Shown here piece by piece: positions 52,158-64,000 of a stretch of DNA of 64,000 bases. The notes under the pieces were generated by a model. It was not told the DNA's origin, made no database searches, and saw only the letters and a list, made by a program, of their open reading frames with translations. Position numbers and translations under genes: made by a program. Every line of letters starts with the position of its first letter. The first letter of the stretch is position 1. This stretch comes from Oikopleura dioica (Eukaryota > Animalia > Chordata), in NCBI GenBank assembly GCA_907165135.1, contig OU015567.1:4340001-4404000 (forward strand). The letters are read 5' to 3'.

Positions 52158-52575
52158 TTGGTTAGGATTGTGTCAGCCAATCAAAATGGATGTTCGAAAA
52201 TTTTTCTTTATTGAATATTCAGATTATGCTATGTTGATGAAATTTCTCGAGGATTTCTTATCAGAACTGTAATTACTTCAAATTATCCGAATTATTCAAG
52301 CTCAACATCAATTAAATTCAGTATCTTTACATCTATCAGCCGGCTTCACACTCTCTCAATTTTACCTCAATCGTATTTATCACAGTGATATAATCACAGA
52401 TATTGAGGATCAAATCTTTTGATTCAACTTGAGTTTAATCGAGTTTTTCAAACAAAATTACCAGTATCATCGAGTTTACGATCAATTATAAAGCAATTAA
52501 ATATTATATATTGACATTATCATGAAGTTCATTTCTTAGTTTCATCCTATTTTTATAATTGAACAAGGATTTTAA

Positions 52576-52900
52576 GGACCCCCGTCAGCTTTTTCCTTCG
52601 AAAAATTGAAATTTTTAAAAACACCATATTTTGAATGCTTCCTCAGGTTAAACTTGCTTCATAAACTTGATAAGAGGAATTTTTGACAAAGAAAAACCAA
52701 TTTTTTTTGCCAAAATTAGTGCAAATTTGTCAATTTTCGGCGAAAAGTCCAATTTTAAAATGCGATTTTGAGGGTGTTAGAGTCGAAATAGACCCCAAAA
52801 AATGATGCCTCAAAATCGTTTTTTGACCCGTAGAATCGATGTTCGACTCAAAATTTTAAAATTCCGAAATTTTATTTTTTGAAAAAAGCTGACGTGGGGG
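52576..52900. mobile_element. Degenerate TTAA-flanked MITE (piggyBac-like CCC...GGG ends)
   Basis: TTAA at 52572-52575 and 52901-52904; imperfect TIR CCCCC(AC)GTCAGCTTTTT. Confidence 0.6.
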
Positions 52901-53467
52901 TTAAAGAACTCAAAATTAATTGAATTCTTTAATTTCAAATAATCTTACCAGAAACTGCAGATAAGCAAATAATCGCTGCCTTTTTCATTTGATTCAATCA
53001 AATTTCTCTCTTGACAAAAAGAAGAAAAAATCAAAAAGCAGCTAAAAAAATTCCCCGAAAGTATTTTCCAGGTTTTTTTAATTTTTTTCCATTATCGCGA
53101 AATCTTATAAATCAAATAAGACACGCAAGAGCGCCCCCTGAGCAAGCGGCGGCGAAATTTCCGCGAAGTTGAGATTTTCGCTAATCACGTGAGAAAATAA
53201 GCGCTTCAATGGAGGACGCATCATGCAGATGTCATTCTTTTTATGCTTTGGGAGTTCTGAAAGATCATCTTTTATTTTTCACGCTTGATATATTCAATAA
53301 CAGAAACGGTATTTTCAAAAAAGGGATTTTAGAACTGCATGTCTCAATATTATCAGGTGAAAAGTTTTCACTGAAAACGGCTAGACGAGTAGGAAGATTT
53401 GATTGATTTTATTGAAGAGGGTTTTATCTGTCAGATGATCTCTTTTCACGTCAATTAATATAGAATC

Positions 53468-55249
53468 CAGGGCTGGTAAATTAGCGCACTATTTTCTCTC
53501 GAAGAAAAAAAAATTAGTGCACTAATTTTTTTTTAGAGACATTTTCGCGTCTTTCGCGCCTTTAGTGCACTAAAATGACACTAATTTTTCCTCTTGGGGA
53601 AATTAGTGACTTTTCGAGAGCTGATCAGCACTAAAGACGCGAAAAAAGAGGCTCTTTTTCATCATCCAATGGGCTCTTCCCGGATGATAGTTTCATGGAA
53701 GACGATTTCTGTCAGGGAAGAATTTCTTCAAACTGAAACTGCTAGATATTTAAAAATCAATGCATCATAAATATGACACAATTTAATTTTTAAAAAATCG
53801 TTTTCAGCCCCCCCCCCCCACCAAATTAAGTCAGCTAAGGTTATCGATCATCCTCTTTCACCTGAGCGTATTAGTTCTTTGAAACAAGTACTTTTCAGTT
53901 TTGCGAAAAAAAATATATTTCCAGTGTCCTAATTTAGTAACAAAAATGTTGAAAGGAATAAAAGTCAACTTTTGTTGGAAATTCTTTTTGTCGAATATTT
54001 TAATGATGAGCTAAGATAAGCTTTGCTAGGAAGGTCTTCTCCTAATTTTTTCGCAGGGCCATCCGCAGCTGGATCTTCCTGCTTTTCTTCATTTTTGCCT
54101 TTCTTCTTCTTGTTATCGTCCGACAACTTCTCATCGCTGTCCTCAACAGTCTCTGAAGCTGGAGCAGCCTTGACTGATACGTTCTACTTTCCGGGAACGG
54201 TCGGACTCATTACCAAAATTTTTGGTAACCCATTACCAATTTTCGGTTGTCGATTATCAATTTATATTTATTTTTTCGCCAAGTTAATGAATAAAACACC
54301 CCACAAGTTTTCTATTTTACAGGCGCGGAGCGCACACTCGCTCGTTGACCTTTTCCCCTACTTTCGTGGTCTAAGAGCTCTTCTCAGTACCTTTATATAA
54401 TTCTTTATTCACAGAATCATATATATTTGATAATTTAGAAGGGAGGTCTCCTCCCAAATTCACGCTTACTTGATAACTGCTAATGAAGAACTCCTCCCAA
54501 AGTTTTTTTTAGTTTTCTAGGATATAGCAATGCTATATTTTAAGAGTAAAATATATCAGGAGTAAATCTGCTTTCTGAATTATAAAGTAAGCATGAACTT
54601 GGGAGAAGATCTCCCTTCTGAATTGTGAAATAAATATGATTTTGTTAATTATGAATTATATTAACAATCTGCACAAGGCTGCTCCTGCTACAGACTTTTG
54701 AGGACAACGAAGATTAGTCGAACGACGACAAGAAGAAGATTGACAAGAAAGGGAAAATGCAGGAAGAACAAGCTTCAATAAAAAAATTAGGGAGAAGACC
54801 TCCCTTAGAAAGCTAATCTTAGGCTAAGAGTTTAAGCTTATCATTCAAATCAAGCACAGAAAGAGTTGCAAACGAAAAATGAATTCTATTTTTCCCTATA
54901 TAATATAAGCTATATTTGTTACTTTAAAGAAAATTAACAAATGGATTGATAAAGTCTTTTTTGACTTTATAATAAAATTCACGCCCTCGATTACCCAATC
55001 CACTTTATTGAAACTCTTTGAAATTCTAATATTAACGAAGTTTGAAATTCTCAAACTTACGTATTCTTCAGAATTAAAGAGCCCGCGCTCATTGGCGGGC
55101 CAATCAGCAGCCCTTATTTTCGACACTTTTCGAGACACACGCGAAAGAGACGCGAAAGTCACTATAGTCTCGACAAAATAAATTCGCGCACTAATTTTAG
55201 TGCACTAAAAATTTTCGACAGATTTTAGGACGCGAATTTACCAGCCCTG
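53468..55249. mobile_element. hAT-like non-autonomous element (1782 bp, TIR CAGGGCTGGTAAATT, 8-bp TSD) with nested inverted repeats
   Basis: TSD ATAGAATC at 53460-53467 and 55250-55257; subterminal TAGTGCACTA and CGCGAAA repeats; internal inverted arms at ~54011-54172 / 54675-54822. Confidence 0.9.
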
Positions 55250-56280
55250 ATAGAATCAAGCACTGGATAATTTCTGATTGACGACATATTTATAATTTGA
55301 TCATGGCCCATGATTCATGGGTTCTCCCGCTACCGATATGTCCCTTTCCAATAAATTTTATTTGAGTCCAAAGAGTAAATTTTAGAAGGAAAAAAGTATG
55401 AATCGGAATAGTACCTATCAAGGATGGAGGTCCATTTTTATGGTTGAAATCGCCTTTATACGGGTATCTAAAACATATTATTAGACATCAAGCATTACCA
55501 ACTCAAATATATGGGAATTCAGCCTTTCTCAACTTTTTGTAATGACAAAAGAAGAATTGCTCAAATTCATAAGAACTGGAGCATACGCATCTGCAATGAT
55601 TTGAACAAATATTATATTATTATATTATCATATAAAGATACCAATTTGAGGTCCTAATTATAGATTTTATGGCCGGCCTTATTTCTGAATATTGAGTTCA
55701 GCTGCCATTTATTCACGGCCTAACGATTCTCAGAGATCCGAATTGTCAGGACCCAACTCAGCTTTTCTGGCCTTGATTGGTTTCCTTCAAATAAATGGAA
55801 TTAACCTCGGTGCGAGCACTTTACTCTTTCTAAAATTCGACTCTGTGCTGTCCATTATTTATCCGAGAAACTTTCTTATTTGACCGTTGTGATTCGCCGT
55901 TTAAATTTTCGATTTTCGGCGAAGATAATGACGGAATTCTCCAAACTGTGAACGAATCGACGTCTTTTAGAACAACAAATGCGCTCTCGTCAATTTTATT
56001 CGAACAACAAATTAAGCGATTTGCGACGTTTTTTTAGCGGAAGGATGGTTTAGAAAATCCTGCAACTCTCGGCTCCGGGCTAATTTAGAATAGGAGAAAG
56101 TCCAAAAGGAAAATGATGATTATTGCAGAATCCTTGTTTGAGTTTTCTAACTAAGGCCTGTCATGCTCGATAGTGACGGTTTTTTGCAAATAGTGAGACT
56201 TACATAATACGATCTTGCCCTATTTCATGTAGACATAGACAAAGTCTAAGTTTCGTCAATCTCAGAATAACAATTGAGAA

Positions 56281-56818
56281 ATGAGTGGGTACACGCTTTC
56301 GTATTTGACGGACAAATTGTCGCCTCGATTTTCGCCCAAGAAAAAGAGAAGAGTTTTCATAACGCATTTCGCTCAAGGAGAGAATTTTACAATTTTCGAA
56401 GGTCGATTCCATAGTGGAAAAATAGAAATTCTTGACAGAAAGAGTGAGACTTTCCGCAACAGCTTCGACCCTCCATGAACTGGAATTGTTCCTCGAGGAG
56501 CGATTCCATGTTCAGACCAAAGTCTTCTTCAATTCCGCCCCTCTTTCCGAAAGGGAGTTCTCCTCCCTCCCGATTGACGCAAGATTGACCGTCTCCCCAG
56601 TTTCCAGAAGCAAGAAGAATCGGTCGAAAAGACTTGAGCACTATGTTCAGCCCCCGGAAGGAATTATTTCCAGACTTACCTTCGACTTGTTCAGGCAAAG
56701 GTACGAGAATCTATTGAATAGATTCTATTCATCGATCTTTACCTCCCTCTTTTCTAGCGATGATGATCTTGCTTCCTTCAAAATTTCAACATCTTTTGCG
56801 GATCATGCGATGAGGTAA
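56281..56818 (+). CDS. Uncharacterised protein, partial model
   Basis: MSGYTLSYLTDKLSPRFSPKKKRR... followed by ERVRLSATASTLHELELFLEERF...; structure unresolved. Confidence 0.4.
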
Positions 56819-57424
56819 GCATTCGAAATGAGTAATAGAGCTTGTTGATCTTTGATCTTAAAATTTAAAGTTACGACTTGCATATTCCTGGACTCAAGCA
56901 TTTGATTTATCGCGCTGCAGGACTGCTGTCTTCTGTGTTTCGAGTTGCGGGAAGAGCTTTGATTGGCTTCGGAGCAGCTCTTGAACAAATTCTGTAAATC
57001 GCATTCTGTAAAGAATAAAATGAAGTTCAAATGGCGGAAGTTGGCCTTGAGAAATTCGACTTGATTATTATATTTTAAGCAGCCACACCTTTATCTTTCC
57101 ATCAAGAAAAAGATGAAGCAAATGGCATCATTTCCATAAAGAGTGTTTTCCTACAGCTTTTAAGCCTCCTTATCTAATCCGGCTTAGTTGCATCATCATC
57201 GGTAATTTCTTCCTCCTCCTAGAAAGCACCCGAGCAGACTATTACACAACCCACAGCTTTTGTCCTTAACTTCCGTTGGTCATTGAGTTTCGACTTCGAA
57301 AAGCAAACCCTTCAGATTTTTTTAAAATCACTTACGCTTTCTCCTCTCTTTGTCTTTTCGATACGAAGACGGAGAAAGAGAGAAAGATTTTTCAAAAACG
57401 ATAATATGAAAAAAGAACTTGTTC

Positions 57425-58241
57425 ATGTGGATTGAGGGAACTTTGAGGTGGTTTTTGATTCTTGCCGCGAATATACGAAGAGGACAGACGCAGTGCCCGC
57501 AAAATGAATTGGTCGAGGAGCTGAGTGGAGTGATAAGGAATGTTTGAATTTTGAAAACGTGAAATTTTTTTTCAACATAACATAGGCAGAAATACTCAAA
57601 AAAGCTACTCTACATATAAAATCACACTATATGTTTGATATATATATTTCAAAGAATCATATCGGATGATATTCAACGAAGCACATTTAAATATTTACAT
57701 TTGTATACGTAGCATATCAGTATGTAATATTATCACATAATATCGCTTGTTAACGAGTGCAATGTACAACTAAAACATGACTATTATATATTCTATCGAC
57801 GACGTTTAAAGGTTCCTAACATGTCCAGCTCACCTAATTGGCCGTCAAATTATCCCGATGGGCTTAGGTACGATAGCAATTTTCGATGACGAAATGAGCA
57901 TGATCATATCTATTCGTTCAGCTGCGGTTGGAGGATAGGAGAGGAAGGGTACATCGTTCGTGTCCGGTTTACAGCTTTCAATGTAGAAAACGATAATGCT
58001 TGTCGATTCGACTATATGGAAATTGCTGGGACAAGATATTGTGGGACAGAAATCCCGGATGTCGATGGATTCATCGCTCCTTTGACAGTGAACTTCGTTT
58101 CTGGTAGGAAAATGAATGACTTCATTTATGCTTCGCAATCATCAATTTTTAGATGGCAGTGTAAACCGAGAAGGCTTCCAGCTCTTCTACTTTCTCGAAG
58201 AACGCAGTGGCTCTGGAGATTTGATACCAGGACCGGAGTAA
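57425..58241 (+). CDS. Secreted CUB-domain protein
   Basis: Exons 57425-57537 (GA donor), 57829-57867, 57922-58103 and 58153-58241 give CPQNELVEELSGVISSPNWPSNYPDGLSCGWRI...FNVE...CRFDYMEI...RYCG...VNFVSDGSVNREGFQLFY. May extend further 3'. Confidence 0.8.
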
Positions 58242-59031
58242 TTCCAAGCTTTTCTCTGCTACTAAGTCGTGATCATCCACTTCGATCATGGACCCAATTA
58301 CATCATGGCAGGCGTGTCAGCAGTAAAGGACTGAACTTAGAGCGCCTTTTATTCCGATAAGATGCTGATCCTTTCTTGTTCGTGGATTTTGATGAGTCAG
58401 GAATGGGTTCGAGGAAGTCAGATTCTCGTGAAAATAAATACATGTACTCAACTGTAGATAATAGCAATAGGATGTTTTTTATGCGAAGACGAAATATATC
58501 TTATTAATTAGATAACATGTCTAATTTTCAGCCCAAAATAGAAGAATTAACAACTATCTCTGCTGTCACAACTGAAGAGATAACAACTGAAGCAATTATT
58601 GAATTGACAAGTTCTTCTTCTTTTGAACAAAATTGCTCGATTGGAAATTTTACATTTGATCCAGGAAAAGATCAAACAAAAAAAGGATAAAAATTCCCCC
58701 GTTTTTCTTGATCAGACTTCAAAAAAGGAACGATTCTTCTGGTCTCTTGCCCGAATTTTCCATCCTTTCAATCGCGCCACATCTGCACGTCCTTTCATTT
58801 TTTCGATAAGCCACTGCCCGACTGTGAGAAGACGAAGAAAATCCTGCGTTCGACCGTTTATTCGCTCGCCAGTTTGACGTTTGGCTTTTTGGAAAACTAA
58901 ATAATATCGTTTAACTTGAGTTTTAGAGCGCTTTTTGGCTTGGCGACCGTCTACTCCTTCAATTCTATTTATACTCAGACGTTGCTTTATGCTCTTAATA
59001 TTCATGAAATCAGGTAAGCAGCCTCAATTTC

Positions 59032-59084
59032 GGGTTAAGGGCTAGGGCTAGGGTTACTGCTTATGGTGAGGGTAAGGGTAAGGG
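59032..59084 (+). repeat. Degenerate telomere-like G-rich repeat
   Basis: GGGTTAAGGGCTAGGGCTAGGGTTA...GAGGGTAAGGGTAAGGG. Confidence 0.65.
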
Positions 59085-59347
59085 CCTTCCAAATAGGGAT
59101 CCTTACTTAGGGTTGATTTATCATTATGAGAGCCTTAATTTGTGGGCCCAAAGTTCAAAGAACCCCTAGATAAAGGAATTCGATAAAGAAAGTCTGAAGA
59201 TATTTAAAACTTATTTTGTTTGAAATCTTGATTTCAACCAAGAAAAATAAACCCAAAATCAGCTTCGTGGAATCATGCGCTAAGAGAATGATTTCTAGGA
59301 CTTTAATTTTGACGCGCGTAGAAACTCTCTTTATTTTTAAAATTTCA

Positions 59348-62048
59348 GAACGACTCGGATTCGCCGCCTGGGATCTCAAAGCACGATGAATCCTCTCAAA
59401 CATCTACCTCGTCACAAGTAACTGCCTCTTCCTGATCTTCATCTCATATATCTCGCGATTTCGACGACGTCAATAAAGAATAATACTTATTTTAGATTCA
59501 AAAGCCGATTCAATCGCCGATTCAGATGAAACTTTTCCGCATCATCCAGCTTTCTTTGTACATATGGCTCAATTTAAAATAAAGAAAATTGACGCACTAT
59601 TCAGATGTTTGATAATTCTTTCAGTTGCTTTATCTATATTCGCTTCAAAAATTACCGTTAACGGTCTGTAAGCAAGATGTTTATCATCATTCATTCCGAA
59701 CTAACCTCTCTGTCGTCTGTCTTCTAGAACTGTTTGTTTCCTAAGTAGAGAGAAAAATAAAATAAGCAGTTTTGAAGAAGAAAATGGTGAAAGTACTGAA
59801 TACAAACGGCATTTTGACGTTGAATGACTTTGTTCACGCGCTGCGGCATGGAGTTATTCTTGAGCAGATTCAAAGGGAAATGGATAAGTGCTCCTTTACC
59901 GGCTCCCTTGGATGTCCACAGGAACGGGATCATTATTTTCGATGACGAAGCTTCAGACTATGGATGATAATTTGAAGAAAATAGACATCTTTTTAAAAAA
60001 CAATTAAAAACCCTTCCTTTGATTTGCGTTTTTAATCCCCGTCTGTCAGCTTGAATCGTGCGCTCTCGACTCTGACCATCGTGGAATAATTATCCGTCCA
60101 GTTTTTCGATTCGGGACGAATCCACCATGCGAGGATGTCATCATCCAGGAGGATACAGTCATTTGCCATCGCAATCCAGAGCCAACTCGCCTGAACAGGA
60201 AGCACAAGAATCATCACCATCATCATCATCACGTGCAAAAGATAACGCATCAGCACCATCATCACCATAAGAAGTCTTGTCCAAGACGAAAAGCTCCTGT
60301 TCGAAGTCAAAGCATCACAAACAGGAATTAGTTGTTAAAGTTGCTTCTTCAGACTCTTCTGAAAACAAGAAATTCAAATCCCAGTAAGAATATTTTACAA
60401 CTGACATACAGGGGCTTCCAACCTAGTCATACGAATTATTCTTCTGATGAGGCCTGTTCCCAATCGATTTATTACACCCCAAGCCACGGTTTGCGATATT
60501 CAACTTCAAATAGCCCAAAAATAATAAATGAATAAAATGAATTCCATTCATGAGGTAATAGAATTATTATCCGACTCGCAAGTTTTGATCTCGACAGAGA
60601 ATTTGTTGACCAAACAAGAAATTTCAATTTGATCTTCGATTTTGATCATAAATTATCCGGCTCTTTAGAGCAGAAAATAAAAGAGCCCGGCAGTTTCTTA
60701 ATTATTCTTTATCTAAATTAAAATTTCAAAACAGCAAAACCCATCTCCAGATCTCCCAGAAACGTCATTACCATTCGACAATCCCACCCTTGCCCGCATC
60801 GAGCCCGTGCATCATCAAGACAGCGATTGGAACAGTCAAAAATTGAATATGCAAAGCGAAAGATTCAATTCGCCAACCCTGAAGTTGCCATGGTCAAAAC
60901 CCTGTCAATCTGTGAGCCGGAAGAGATTGAAATCATGGAAGAAAATCCAGTCAAGGAGAAAGAAAGCGACATTCTTACTCCTCAAAAACTAGGGAAGGGA
61001 TCCATTTCTTAGAATGATGGTTATCAGAGTTTATATAAAATTGAGAAGCTGAAAAAAAAAACGAAAATTTTCTCAAAGGATTGAGAATTTTCGTCTAGAC
61101 ATGATGAATATATTAGCTATTTTTGATGCCTTTCTCTGTAAATGATCCCGTTCAGCTGAGAAAAAATCTGGTAATACTCAGTCCGTCAGGCAAATATATT
61201 CAAACGGAGATGGAAAAGAACAATGCGAGCAGGAGAGACGGGATACTGTTGATGATGAACACCAGGAGACGCAGTCACCAGAAGCAGCTGCAAGCCAAAT
61301 TCAAGAGGCAAAAAGCCAGCAGGATGATGTAAATGAAGATTCACCCAAGGAAATCATTGATCCTTCGGGGATGAAAAATAGCTTCACTCAAGTTACGAAC
61401 AGAGACGATATTATTCTAGAAGAAAATTGCTGTAAATCAGTCCAAGTAACTGACCGATTACACCAGGTAATCCCTCCCTTCTTCTTTCAATAAACGACAT
61501 TTTTAAAGGGCCGAATGTTTCAGTACAACGAAAGCGATTACACCGTTTCTTCACGAACACAGGATACTCTTCCAAAGTCCACTTTTCGCTCCGAGGCTTA
61601 CCAGCCAGAAGAAGAGGAGGAAAATAGCTCATTAGCTTCGGACGAGTGCTGTAATTGCTGTGGCGAGGTAGAAGCGCCGCCGAAGCGAAAAGACTCACTT
61701 CAAAGAAAAAACTCGCCGCCGCCTGTGCCACCTCATCGGGTTCATTTGGAATCTTGTGAAGCAAAGGGCATGACGGGCAGTAATGGCAAGTACCCGACTT
61801 GCTCCTGTGGGTACAAATGGGAACGCGATTTCATCAGCACTGATGATAGCTCTATGTAAGTAGCCTCATATTTCTTCATATTTTCATCAGATTTTGAAGG
61901 CTCTCTCGTATTGGCGCTCGACTTATCGGCTCAAGAACCAGCAATTCAGGAAATACATCTGTATCCGAAGGCGACTACTGTATCCATGCAATGGAATGAG
62001 AATGAATCATCAAAATATTCAAGTGCGCCATTTCTGAAAATCTTCTGA
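59348..62048 (+). CDS. Uncharacterised low-complexity multi-exon protein with poly-His tracts
   Basis: Plus-strand frame at ~60035-60325 encodes ...RKHKNHHHHHHVQKITHQHHHHHKKSC...; further coding-like exons at 60827-61012, 61180-61370 and 61515-61857. Boundaries uncertain. Confidence 0.4.
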
Positions 62049-62200
62049 AAATCAAAATTTTAACTCTATTTATTTAATAAATTTTTTACAAAACGAAAAG
62101 CGCTGACCTTATTATCTTGTGGAAAAAATCTTGTCCGTTTCTTCTATCAAGCAAAATTGACAGCATGGTTAGTCCGTTTCAAATTCTTTAAGAGCAGGGA

Positions 62201-64000
62201 ATGAAGGGAAGATGGGTTTTTATTCTGTATATGTAAGTTTGAGCTGTTTCTGTTGGTCAGAGTCGATGATGAACAATCTGAATTCAGCATCTATCTCCTT
62301 GGAATGGCCGAGTTCACGAGGCTAACTGAAGAAAACTCGTGAAACCACGTGTTCAGAATACAAGCAGAAAGTTAAAAATTACAAAGAAAATTTAATTACT
62401 CAAAAAACGTGCTTCAAAAGAATACTAAGGAAATGAGGAAAATAAATATTGAAACATTTAATGAAAAACGTCTAATAAAAAAAGAACTTGTCTATTTAAA
62501 GACGTCTAATAAAAAAGATAGGTCTATTCTTAGAAGTCTTTAAAAAAAAATGGCCATTTAAAGACCTCTAATAAAAATAAATAAAAGGTGTATTATATCG
62601 CATCATCTACAAAAAATTGAGGAAGCAATAAAATAGGTTTTTACCAGTTTGGATATCACAAAGAATTTTGCAAACGGCTCACATGGAGAAGGGACCGAAA
62701 CATGAAACTCTCCCACGAGTAGGGAAAGAAAGAATATGCCGTTCTAACAGATAATTCTAGTCATTTTATTCATCAAGGCTTCATCAATTTGATCGACTTG
62801 GGATGCAAACAACATGCTATTGATGAACTGCACAGGTAGGAATAGCCTAGACATGACGCGGTAAACTCAAGAGATAGAAATCGATGCTCACAAAGATAAT
62901 TGCTGTATATTATATGCAGTATATTATTATATCACCAACGTAGCAGCTATTTTACATAATTAAGAGAGTCGATCGAGCGAGGCCTGGTGAATGAATACGT
63001 CGAGGCATGGATAAAGATATCAAAAGTAAGACAATTTCTTTGAACATTTTCTTTGAAGAGTTGTACTCTTAGAGTACTGTTCATTTATCGAATCACGTAT
63101 TACTGTGACGTTTTCATGGGGAGGTGTCTGGAACCGACAAAAATATTTCGACAAATTTTGCGTGGAAATTTTCAACCAATCAGAAGCCCAGATTCGGATC
63201 ACCAGCCAATCAGCAGCCGAGTAGACGCCCACGCAAAATTTGTCGGAATTTTTTTGTCGGTTCCAGACACCAACCTCTTTTCGCTCCCTGCCGATGAAGG
63301 GTGAAAGGAGGTGGTGGCGCTCAGAGTCTTGCCAACTTCTGTTTTCAAGTCTGAGTCAAGTTTAGTCTGTCTGATCACCAAACGGTCAACTCACGTGAGC
63401 CGCCGGCCACTGTATTAAAGTATTTCCTTTCACATTTTTTATTTCCAGCTTATCCGACTCGGCAACTTTCAAAACGCCCAGTTCAACGTCAGCGGCCATT
63501 TTCTACGAGACATCATAACGTAAGAAGCATTTTAGTTGTACTTGTCGGTAAGACTGATTTTCTTTCAAGAAATGTGGTGGAATTTAGCGTCTTTGCGTAT
63601 ACAAATTATGTTGAAAATTGCATGGAAGTGGACAAATGGAGCTTTGACAATTCATTTTTGTACGTTGGTTCAGTAAAAAAAAGGGTTGAAAATCGAAACA
63701 ATCGGCATTTTCAACCCCCTAAAGATCCGTAGCGAGTACAGTTGGATACGGAAATGTCACGCCAAAAACTGAAAATGGCCGAAAACTGACAATTATTCTC
63801 GCAATCATCGGCATTCCCGTTTATGGTATTCTCTTGAGCAAGATCAATTCTCAAGTCGAAAGGTGGATTTTTCATCTAAAGGAGAAAAATAAAGAAAAAA
63901 AATTTATCTTCTCCCGGAAGTCGATAATTTTCCTTTATATCGTTTTTGGAATGATCATCTTCGTGATTTTGCCGTCGGTTATTTTCTCGTTTGTCGAAGA
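62201..64000 (+). CDS. Two-pore-domain potassium channel (K2P/KCNK family), runs off the window end
   Basis: TM1 MKGRWVFILYIIYLLGMAEF, pore 1 WSFDNSFLYVGSVASTVGYGNVTPKTENGRKLTIILAIIGIP and TM3 IFLYIVFGMIIFVILPSVIFSFVE. Confidence 0.88.

Noticed and set aside
53420-55305. Empty site of the 1.78-kb element is open on the minus strand (MGHDQIINMSSIRNYPVLDSILIDVKRDHL..., ~46 codons), suggesting a third exonic insertion
   Set aside because: Short, no recognisable homology and no convincing splice sites; compatible with chance. Needs RNA data.

Overview
Eukaryotic, gene-dense genomic DNA. The 40-60 nt introns, frequent GA-AG/GG-AG introns, operon-like gene spacing and lineage-typical Cys-rich families point to a larvacean tunicate, most likely Oikopleura dioica; this is an inference. 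I reconstructed about 30 mostly multi-exon genes by hand. The recognisable ones are a vasorin-like LRR-EGF-FN3-TM receptor, a trypsin-like protease, an Emi1/Emi2-type F-box protein, GPATCH4, an SLC41 Mg2+ transporter, a RalGDS/RGL-family GEF, a minimal C/EBP-type bZIP, glucose-6-phosphate isomerase, an ankyrin/coiled-coil protein, a chitin-binding protein, two PLAC8-like paralogues, TSP1 and CUB proteins, and a K2P channel. Many non-autonomous DNA transposons are interspersed, with 7-, 8-, 9-bp and TTAA target-site duplications, plus a hairpin family. I saw no autonomous transposase, rRNA, tRNA or CRISPR array. The strongest observation is that two unrelated TIR elements, each with intact TIRs and TSDs, sit inside otherwise continuous coding sequence of GPI and RGL. 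In both, the element ends supply an AG acceptor and a GG/GA donor that would restore the reading frame, so they look like transposon-made introns. Two further introns (SLC41, K2P) restore the conserved protein motif only if read as GT..AA (equivalent to TT..AG). All exon boundaries are manual inferences without RNA data.
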